A DNA stretch of 63,996 nucleotides, counting the filler, from Globobulimina sp. (taxonomy: Eukaryota), in assembly GCA_003354225.1 (NCBI GenBank). It is 7 parts of 7 records of this genome, joined end to end, with 100 filler letters (N's around TTAATTAATTAA, not from the genome) between each part and the next. Parts side by side here need not be neighbours in the genome. Positions count along the whole stretch, not along the records: positions 46,376 to 55,390 come from PIVH01000053.1; positions 55,491 to 63,996 come from PIVH01000080.1; 5 more parts are not named here. The stretch is one strand, 5' to 3'. The notes beneath the pieces were generated by a model that ran no database searches, was not told the origin of the DNA, and saw only the letters and a list, made by a program, of their open reading frames with translations. The position numbers were made by a program, and so were the translations under genes. Positions 47,579 through 57,414 of the stretch are shown here, piece after piece (the stretch's first letter is position 1; every line of letters starts with the position of its first letter).

Positions 47579-47651
47579 GCCGACATAGCACAGTGGTTAA
47601 TGCATCTGCTTCGTAAGCAGAGGGTCGCGAGTTCGAATCTCGCTGTTGGCT
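47579..47651 (+). tRNA. tRNA-Thr (anticodon CGT)
   Basis: Acceptor GCCGACA/TGTTGGC; anticodon stem TCTGC/GCAGA with loop TT-CGT-AA; T arm GCGAG-TTCGAAT-CTCGC; T-run follows. Confidence 0.96.
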
Positions 47652-48088
47652 TTTCTTCAAAAAATTTTAAATAATTTAAAACACCTATTTTTTTCTATCA
47701 GACATTTTAATTCTCAGTCATGTTTTAATGGATCAAAATACAATAAAATTCACTCAAATATTCATAAAAACACACATAGCAAATCTTTTTAAGAATACAC
47801 AACAAATTATATCAAATTAATTCTTTAAGAAAATTAATAAATTATGAATTGAGAATGAGAAATTATGAATTGAGAATACCTCAAATTTAAAAATGCCAAA
47901 ATTAGCGGTGTATTTGTGTTTTGAATGTTTTTGTTTCCATTGTATCATTAAATGACATACTTTTACTTGGCAAAACCGTTTTTAAATTTTTTCAAAAATT
48001 CCCTGATTTTGTGTCACACTCAAAAACATCCATTCTCAGTCCATTCTCAATCCCATTATTTTAATTTTTTGTTTTTTTCAGAAAAAAA

Positions 48089-51000
48089 ATGGATCGAAAG
48101 AAAGCACCAACAACAGTTCGCAAAACGGGAAGATCACGGCAGGCAGTGAAATCAGCGAAAAAGGCACCAAAAACAGCTCGCAAAACTAAAAAATCACGGC
48201 TGCCAGCGAAATCAGCGAAAAAATCAACAAAAACTAATTGGAATAAATTAAGATGGATTTCTGTTGGATATGCTCATTTTGGCGCAACTTTAACATATGG
48301 TCGTCAGGCTGGTGCATATCTTACATTCCATTCATTTACAAAGAGGCAACAAGACAAAAGTATGTGTTTAATTTGTAAAATGTGTTTGTAAAAACTAATT
48401 GTTTGAATATAAGGTACCAATCGCCAGAATATGGCACAAACAACGGATACACCCAAAGAACGAATGGCACAAACATTGAAGCAAATATTTGAAGCATTAA
48501 AAAGTGCACATAAATTACCAGTAAAACTTGAATATAATGATATGAAACACGGATTAAGCGCAGAGAATATCGCAAGTCACGCTCAACCAATGATGCAATT
48601 GGCGACAGATTATAATGCAGCAATTGATGATATTAAACAAGTAATGGATGATAAAGGTACATTAAATACATTAAATAACTATTTATGGGATGGTAAAGGT
48701 ACATACCCCGTCTACCAAGCAAATGAGATTGAAAGTTTATTGGAAGCAATACATTGTATGATCGGAAACGAAACAAAACAATTAAATGTGAAAATAGAAT
48801 CAATCCATGATGATCATGAGAAGTCTTTGGATTTGGAATTTATGAATTCAAATATTGATAAAAATAAAAATAAGAAAAGAAAATTGATTAAAATAAAAAC
48901 GGAATTTGAAACAGAAAATGACAGTGATACCGATGATGATGGAACACATGAATTTGATGAAAAATATGAATCGCAACCACCAAATACATCAACTCCGAGC
49001 ACACAAAATAACAATGATATGAGTTTAGAAACAATTGAGAGCGATAATGATGAAACCACTGAATCCATCTCGTCATTACATAATGTGTCCGGACATTCAC
49101 CATACGTTTATGGACAGGATATCAACGGTATAATATACATTATAATATACATTTTTTTATATAGATATATTTATATATATAGCATATAAAAAACGATTAA
49201 ATAATGCTCGGGTGAAAAATTCCGTGCTTGAAAGCAAATTAATTGTTTTAAATATAACAAATCGTCGATTACAACGTGATATTAATGATTATGAAAAAGA
49301 AATTGCAAAATTTGAGAAAGATAAATGGGGGAAAACAGCAAAAGAATATTTAGAACATTTATATATTTTGCCAGCACAAAAACAAAGCGTTGTTTTTAAA
49401 ACAATTTATCGTAATAACCGATCATTTTTTGATTCAATATCTGATGATAAAAACAAAAACAATAAATCAGTAAAATATCTCCCTGCTGACACATCATTAT
49501 CACCCATTGAATTTGATCGCAAAATGGAAAAAGTTGTTGGTATTAAATTAACAAAAATGACTGATAAACAAATGCAAATTGCACGCAATATTCAACAAAA
49601 ACCATTAAATCGATTGGATCAATACGGAAATAGAAAAATTATTCACAGCAAACAACGTAATATGTCTGAATTAACGACAAAAACGGAACAAAATAAATTA
49701 ACAAAAGAGTGGTTTAAACGCAATTATAATTTTAAAATAATACATAATAAATATAACAATGAAAGAGATAAAATATATGTTAATCATGCATGTGTTGCTT
49801 CAATCCCTGGTACCTTTAGAGATGCATATACATTGACTGTCACTTCAAATTCAACACAAGGTCATAATCATCATCACGTTGAAGAATTAGATACAAAATA
49901 TATAACAAAAGAATATCCCATATTAGTTAAATTGCGATTCGATGCAGGCTGTGGTAAAAAAATACATCAAGGCAAAAGCTTTTTTTTTATTTCAGGACAG
50001 TTCTCATATTGGCGTGACACATTAGATTCGTCAATAAATACATTATTCCCAGTCTGTGCATCATTAAAAAGTGATAGTTTAATTGATAATAAATTGTTAT
50101 TGTTAAAGGTAATGGATAAGGCAAAACAAATAAAATATGAGCCAGATTTTAAAGATATCAATCATTCCGGAGAGTCAGTAATTAGATCCTTTCGAGATGC
50201 CATCATTTTGGTATGTGTCACTCAAAAAAGTTTTAAGTCAGTTTAAGTACATTTTGTTTAGTTTGAATGTCAACTTTGAATGGCAACTTTGTGCGTACGT
50301 CACGCTTTATTTTTAGTACATATTTTGTTTAGTTTTGGCGCCTTATTTTTGTCCTATAAATTGTGTATTTTTTGTATAGAAAATTGGGGATCAAAAAGGG
50401 CAAAATATATTTCTGCATCATGGCCCATATTCGCAGGTGTCTGCACACCCATTATTATCTTTATTAGTTCCGGCAAATGATGATGAATTATCGTATGTGT
50501 TATTTGGGTATGAGCAAATTGGTATTGATCGCAGAAATTATGGTATGCTTCGTGGCAAACCCTGTTATATTTGGCCAGAAATTGAAGAACAAATTAAAGA
50601 AATATATGAAAGTAAAGAAGATGTTGAAGAGAGACCGATATTTTTAGTGATTACAATTCATAAATATTTGCAACCAAAAATTGAATCTATTAAAAAAGCG
50701 GTAAAAAAAGTAAAAAATTATGATATGATGTCCGAAGATGAAATAATCAAAGCAACTCTTCAGATTTCACAATCTGAAACGTATAGAATTGGATTTTGGG
50801 ATTGCCCGGAACCTCAAGATTTTGAGTTGATTGCCATCGTAAAATTACATTATAAATTACGAGCTGGCGCAGACGGTGTTAATTATTATTTTAATGGTCT
50901 ACGAAGAATATTCAATGACAATCCAGCAAAGACATTTAAATTAATACAAACAATATACGGAGTGAAATTAGAAGGGGAGAAATTTGAAAAATTGCATGCA

Positions 51001-51996
51001 AGCAAAAGCTGTAAAAATAAAAATATTTCTGTTGGCATTACTGGCAACAAAACAAATATTTTTTTAACAAATATGGACACAATAATTGCAGAAGACACAA
51101 AAAGAGTTAGCGCTGCTGGATCATTACGAAAACCAATGAGGTCGTTTTGTATGCGATCACTCAAATATTTTTATGACATTTCTCAATTTTTTGATCTATT
51201 AAATAAAGATTCAGCCGATATAAAATACGATGATCCGTTTGTGACTGCGCTACAAACCAAAGGGGAACAATTTTTTGATGACGCATATGATCATTCTTAT
51301 TATTACATGAAACCAACTCTCGTTAATATGTACAAAATGGTGCCGGGTGCTTATAAATATTTGAAATTCTATAATAAAATACATAATGTAAATATTATTG
51401 TCAATGATTATTGCGACCAAGTTATGGAAGCAGGAATTAAAATGTTTGCAAACGCAATACAATTAAGCAATGGTCAAGAAAATCAAATCGTTTCTGTATT
51501 AGAAAATTTAATTATTTGTCAATTAGCATCAATCCAATATAATAAAAAATCATTCCACCAAACTGACACTGATTTAAGAACACAGCCATTATATATTGGC
51601 CCACCTGATATGACAAAATTTAATCACGATGAAGTTTGTCAGCAGGAATATATTGCATTAACCACAAAAAAAAATATTGAGGCATTTACGTTTGATTTAA
51701 GTGGGAAAATGAACGATTTATTAAAAATTGCACAAGAGTATGAAAATGGTGATGTTGTAGATTTTGATAATAGCGGCGATACGGTTTTATCCAACGTTGA
51801 AAATACATTAAATAAAAAAAATCAACGTAACAAAAAATCAACGAAACGATCCAGAAAAACAAGCAATAAAAATAAAAATGAAAATGATTCAGATCCTGAT
51901 TATTCACCAAGAAACAAACAAAAGAAACAAAAAAAAAGAAAAATTGCATCAAAACCAAGAAAACCAGGTTTAAAAACAGTTAAATTTCCATATTAA
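48089..51996 (+). mobile_element. Divergent RAG1/Transib-like DDE transposase gene (about 1209 aa); exons 48089-48359, 48414-49127, 49183-50210, 50380-51996
   Basis: Three GT-AG introns give one open frame. Collinear motifs: KLRFDAG, SSINTLFPVCASLKSDS, IGDQK, LHYKLR, ITGNKTNIF, YYMKPTL, YCDQVMEAGIK. Confidence 0.6.
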
Positions 51997-52158
51997 TTTA
52001 TTTATGTTTTATTGTGCTTTGTGGATTACATATTGATTTGTTATTTAATTTATTTTTTTGGTGTGGTATAACGCCAAAAAAAAAGAGTGGTTCTCTCCGG
52101 ACTGTGTGAGATCCCTCTTATGTTATACCACTGCCATTTCGATGAGAAACACTGTAAA

Positions 52159-52315
52159 CTGTTTTTCTTTGGTTTGCTTCGGTAGAATTGGTTATTTTAA
52201 GCAAATACAGATGCGTCTATATCCGTTGAATATGTTTTTACAATTCCCGGCTAGTAATGTGCAAGTTTTAAAAACTTTCAGTCAGTCAAAGATTTAATCT
52301 TTAAATTTAACAATG
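52159..52315 (+). promoter_or_regulatory. About 155-bp leader block duplicated at about 53117-53270; each copy ends at the ATG of a different ORF
   Basis: ACTGTTTTTCTTTGGTTT..GGTAGAATTGGTTATT..GATGCGTCTATATCCGT..TTTCAGTCAGTCAAA..ATGTC in both copies. Confidence 0.8.
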
Positions 52316-52897
52316 TCTGTGTCAGTCACGCCGGAGCCAAACAAGCATCGCCTGGAGACATCCGCACATGTGGACGTATTGAATCGGCGGGAATGTAGTG
52401 ATGATGAGCCGTCATTAAATGGATCTCCAGCGAATTCGGCGCCGCCAAAATGTATTAAAATGGAATCCCCATCGCCGAGTCCCGTTACTTATTGGCCGAT
52501 GACCGCGGAAATGCAGGAATCATGGGATCGAACTGAAAGACAGCTCAACGAGAGTCAGAGCCGTTGGGATGCAATTGAGAAGAAAAAAAGAATGCGGCAT
52601 ATTCTGAGGAACCGTATCAATTTGATATCATCGGAACCGGATGAAGCGGCCCCGGAGGACGAGAGCAAGAAAGCGGAGAAAGAGGAGGAAGATGAAGAGG
52701 AATATCACCCGCCAGACAGTGATGTAGAGAGCGAGAAAGAGGAATATCGGGCGAGAAAGAGAAAGAGAGTGAGAAAGAGACGTCGGGCGAAAGAGAGTGC
52801 CAAAGAGAGTGCGCCGGCGAGGAAGAGACGAAAGGGGGTGGATTTTAATTGTGGGACACCACGCTCCCTTATACAGCCGCGGCGAAATCATAATTAA
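52313..52897 (+). CDS. Disordered acidic/basic protein with NLS-like clusters
   Basis: GC-rich intronless ORF between AT-rich flanks; E-rich tract and RKRKR clusters. Confidence 0.65.
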   Translation: MSVSVTPEPNKHRLETSAHVDVLNRRECSDDEPSLNGSPANSAPPKCIKMESPSPSPVTYWPMTAEMQESWDRTERQLNESQSRWDAIEKKKRMRHILRNRINLISSEPDEAAPEDESKKAEKEEEDEEEYHPPDSDVESEKEEYRARKRKRVRKRRRAKESAKESAPARKRRKGVDFNCGTPRSLIQPRRNHN

Positions 52898-53049
52898 GTG
52901 ATATTAAATATTGCCGCAATCAAATGCGATCAAATGCGAATTGCGGTAATATGTTTAAATGAGAATTGCATGTTCTTTTTATTATAATGTTTAATTAAAT
53001 ATTGTTTGCATGTTCTTTTTATATTTGCATTAATTAAATTGTAATTACT

Positions 53050-53124
53050 TGTGTGAAACTAAAGTGCAAGGATAATTTACTGTTTTTGTGTGAAACTAAA
53101 GTGCAAGGATAATTTACTGTTTTT
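53050..53124. repeat. 37-bp tandem duplication containing GAAACTAAAGTGCAAGGATA; perfect 20-bp inverted copy at 53948-53967
   Basis: Direct reading. Confidence 0.92.
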
Positions 53125-53267
53125 CTTTGGTTTCCTTCGGTAGAATTGGTTATTGTAACCAAAAATAGATGCGTCTATATCCGTAGAATATGTTTTTACA
53201 ATTCCCGGACAGTAATGTGCAAGTTTTAAAAACTTTCAGTCAGTCAAACATTTTAAATTTTAAAACC

Positions 53268-53807
53268 ATGTCAATCACCGTCAACATGATTGATATTCCA
53301 TCGAATCTGCGCGCCCCCACACCAACAGTATTACGGCCATCGCCGACACCATCAACTTCGTCCGGCAGATCGACATCAACATCGTCCGGCAGATCGACAT
53401 CAACATCGTCCGGCAGCTCATCCGGCAGCTCATCAACGAACAGCGGATCCGGCAGCTCGACATCAACGAACCGAGAATCCAGCTCTTATTCGGATGGGCA
53501 ATCATCAACAACCGGGCATGCAATTGACACTCCCGGATTACGCGAAGACGCAGCATTTCTTTTGCAAGTATTTGGTGTCGCGGAGGCTACATCGGGGGCA
53601 AATTCCAATGACAGCGAATACTTCCCTCCAAATTATCGCCGACCAATACAATCACGGCGACCAATACAATCACCGCGACCAATATCATTTAGTCGCCGAG
53701 CAATACAATCACGCCGACCAATACAATCACGCCGACCAATACAATCACGCCGACCAATACAATCACGCCGACCAATATCATTTCGTCTCAATCAATACAT
53801 GCAATAA
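53268..53807 (+). CDS. Ser/Thr-rich low-complexity protein with (STSSGRST) and (RRPIQS)n repeats
   Basis: ATG at the end of the duplicated leader; 21-bp and 18-bp coding tandem repeats. Confidence 0.55.
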   Translation: MSITVNMIDIPSNLRAPTPTVLRPSPTPSTSSGRSTSTSSGRSTSTSSGSSSGSSSTNSGSGSSTSTNRESSSYSDGQSSTTGHAIDTPGLREDAAFLLQVFGVAEATSGANSNDSEYFPPNYRRPIQSRRPIQSPRPISFSRRAIQSRRPIQSRRPIQSRRPIQSRRPISFRLNQYMQ

Positions 53808-54053
53808 AATTGTATTTATTTTGATCGTTTTGTGTTTTGTCTCCTTTTTATTAATGTTCTTTTTATTACAATATTAATTAATGTTCTTTTTTATTAATGT
53901 TCTTTTTATTAATGTTGCGCTATTAATTAATTTAATTAAATCGATTATATCCTTGCACTTTAGTTTCGATCGTCTCAAAAGTCTCAAACATTTTAGTTTA
54001 GTTTAGTTAAATATATATTAACATTTTAAAAACTGTAATTTACATTAATTACA

Positions 54054-55222
54054 ATGGCAGAGGCAAAGGCAAACGATACGTATACTATCGACGCCAAGGT
54101 GGAAAGAATTAAATTAACGGAAGAAGAGTTGTGGCGGTATTCAAAGATGAAATGGAAAGATTACAGCAAAAAAACAATATATTCATTTAATGTAAGCGAA
54201 GAAAGCGAATTTTGGAATGGTACTTTTATTTTTTTGGTATACAATTCCCGAAAGCATACACAGCACACACCACGATAACAGATAGTTGTAGCAATCCCGA
54301 TGCTAAATATCCTGTGCGGTACAGTGCATTCCGTGGTTATCGATTGAAGGCACAAACTGTTAAGAAAGTTGCAATTTTAGGGCAACAAATGAAGAAATGT
54401 AAAGTTTATTATCATGTTATTTATCCATTGGACATGGCACATTCAATATGGACACAATCGGTGGCTTCCGGCAAAATGTATGAAAGATTAAAAAGATTGC
54501 CGCATGTCAACCAAATGGGTCAAATAAAGGAGGATCATGGCAGAGAATTTAATAATACATTAATGACATTAGTTGCTGAAACAATTCAACCAAAATTTAA
54601 TCCAAATACTGTAACAATTTTATCAGTCCATTTACGATGGGATGACCACATCAGTGGCGATGGAGGCAAAGCGGCACACAAAGATATGGCGTTGGAAGGT
54701 GCCACTATGATGACCTGCGCTATTGTCAAGCCACCGCACGTGAGATATTCAGTGAAACACCGCGCTTTGGGGGTAGGTTGGGTTGAATGTGAGCAAGGCA
54801 CAGCATACAGTGTGGTTATGATGGACCAATGGATGGAAGTCGGCCATGCATATAAAGCTGAGATTGTAGGAAAAGAGAATAAAGGAAAAAGCAGCAAAAT
54901 ATTGAAGTTTATGATTGGCGGTGTTGTGGAAGCAGACAATGGTTTTTTTTCCACTGCGAATCTGCGGAAATTGGGTATGGATGAAGATGGAACATTGGCT
55001 GATATTAATAAGGTATACAAAGGACATACTATTTGTGAGAAAGATATGACATTGGAGGAATACAGAAAAGCCACCAATAAAACTAATGCAACTTTACAAC
55101 ATATTAAAAAAGCTGCAATCCATAAACAACGGCTAAATAACTTAAAACAAAACCAAAAAAAAAGAAAAGATAGCGATGCGGAGAGTGCTGAACAGCCTGC
55201 GACAAAAAAGAGAAAACATTAA
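54054..55222 (+). CDS. Hypothetical protein with a C-terminal NLS (1-bp frameshift near 54210)
   Basis: Overlapping ORFs 54054-54278 and 54212-55222 fuse if one T is added to GAATTTTGG; ends PATKKRKH. Confidence 0.55.
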
Positions 55223-55956
55223 TGTAAACTTTGTAAAATCATAATTTAATCTTTTTAATTTTTAATATTTCTCAGAATTATGAAAAATATATGCAATGAT
55301 GAAAATGCATAGAAAAAAAAGTTGTATGAATGAAATCGAAAAAAAATTCACCACGGTACAGTTCAATACTTGCAGAGTCATGAAATTCATNNNNNNNNNN
55401 NNNNNNNNNNNNNNNNNNNNNNNNNNNNNNNNNNTTAATTAATTAANNNNNNNNNNNNNNNNNNNNNNNNNNNNNNNNNNNNNNNNNNNNTCATTGTGGA
55501 ATAAATGGCCGCATACATTCAGTTTATAACTACCTTCATTTGCTTCAATTTCCATTGGATTTTCCCTCTGCTTTTGTTTGTTGTTATGGCTGAGCACTCA
55601 TAAAAAAATCTGAATACTTTGAATCCAATTACCGTTCGAAAGTTGAGAATTTCTGAGTAATACTATGATTTGTTACTCAACTCAGGAACCGTTCACTGAG
55701 CACTAACCAAATAATTTCTGAGCATTCCAATATACTTTTCCATTGTGTTAATCATCATATGTAGCCATAATAATATTGCTTCAATCTGTAGTACCCCCCA
55801 TCGTACCTTCCATACATGACTACAATCCCAACTGTTATGGTCCAACTATTCTTGACTGCAGTTATGGTTCAATTAGCTGTTTATTAAACTTTGTGATATT
55901 GCTTGTATTTCTGAAGGAAACTAAGTAGGAATTTCACTGAGACATTGCCGCTTAAT

Positions 55957-56035
55957 TCATACCTGACGTTTTGCATAATCATACCTGACGTTTTTTAGTA
56001 GCTGGCGTTTTTGCCTAATTCCTAGCTGACGTTTT
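55957..56035. repeat. Four degenerate copies of a (CTGACGTTTT)-core unit of about 20 bp
   Basis: ATACCTGACGTTTT x2, TAGCTGGCGTTTT, TAGCTGACGTTTT. Confidence 0.75.
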
Positions 56036-56190
56036 AAGCCTTAATTATGATTTGTGTGCAAGGATAATATATTATGAAAGCAAATTTAAATAACCACAGT
56101 TTTTCTATGTATTTAAATCCACGTTGTTTGCGTTTACAATGAGGACTGACTGAAATATATTGAATTTGTTTGCTAATTGGGTTTCATGCA

Positions 56191-56531
56191 TAAATATTAT
56201 AAAAAACCATTGAAATGAACCCTTGGAATGTTATATCAAAGATACTGCGTTAGATCAAACATAATCTGTGCAAATAATTACCATTGAATGTAATCCTCGT
56301 CTTCAAATCATGGCGGTCGTCCAAATTCATTCGTGTATAATAAAATTATTTGTTAATTGACTTAATTCCGTTTAATGTATAAATATTATTAAAAACCATT
56401 GAAATGAACACTTGAAATGTTATATCGAGCATAATGCGTTAGATCAAACATAATCTGTGTAAATAATTGCCATTGAATGTAATCCTCGTCTTCCAATAAG
56501 GGCGGTCGTCCAAATTCATTCGTGTATAATT
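56191..56531. repeat. Direct repeat, two copies of about 150 bp with a 189-bp period
   Basis: TAAATATTAT..CCATTGAAATGAAC..TGCGTTAGATCAAACATAATCTGTG..GGCGGTCGTCCAAATTCATTCGTGTATAAT at 56191 and 56380. Confidence 0.93.
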
Positions 56532-57414
56532 TAAAATGTTGATTATAAAGTAATTGTTTATTTTAAAACATGAGGCCATTACCGTTTGTGTGTTTGTGTG
56601 TTTGTGTATATATACGGTTGAGTTTAAACCGCCAAAGGAAATCCATACAAAACAAACGCACCGTACATTTGAGACGTATTGACTGCAAAGTTGAGAGCTG
56701 CCATGATACCGAGCAATATATAGAGTTTACATTTTCTAGTGTAGTTTGCAATATACCTAACGCACGTATCCCGTAAACAAAAACAAAGAAATAATTATAA
56801 TTAAGAGGCATGATCGATTGGACAGATATTATTATTTGTTTATGATAGATAATTTGTATATAGTTTTCGGCGAAAGGAGTCTATTAACAGATTCAATTAA
56901 AAAATGAACACAACAAATAATATACATCCACTTTGAATAACTTATTTTAAATGGATAATACACACAAAAAACTATACAAAAAATGTAAAAGAAAAAATAA
57001 TTAATAGTTATTATTTATTATTTATTAATATTGATAAAAAATATGTAAATTAAATGACGTAAATTTCAAACAAAAAAACAGATGCAATTATAGCATACAT
57101 CTAATTAAAATACCAAATCTCGGCAGAAATGTGATATATATATAAATTGAGAGAAAAACAAAGAAACAAATCACATTCTTTGCATTTTGTATATACATTT
57201 TTTCAGATCTTGAATTAATTTGATCGGAAATAAAAAATAAGAGACGAGTTTGGTTTTAATTTGTAACAAAACAACATAAAATATATGGTGCAGATAATAA
57301 ACAGTGGTAATCGAAATTATGTGCACCAATTTGATTTTTACAAACTGAAAATTAAAAACAAAAAGGTTTTTTTACAAAAAGCAGTGTAACGAAAACATTT
57401 AATGTCAAGATTGT

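Noticed and set aside
47589-47595. CACAGTG (RSS heptamer) upstream of the RAG1-like gene
   Set aside because: It lies inside the tRNA D arm, and no nonamer or matching right end was found.
50262-50295. Possible micro-exon within intron 3 of the RAG1-like gene
   Set aside because: It contains an in-frame TGA; direct splicing of 50210 to 50380 already keeps the frame.
52058-52297. ORF 52058-52297 and the N-terminal extension of 53190-53807 sharing MFLQFP..VQVLKTFSQS
   Set aside because: A by-product of the duplicated leader; one copy stops before the downstream ATG.
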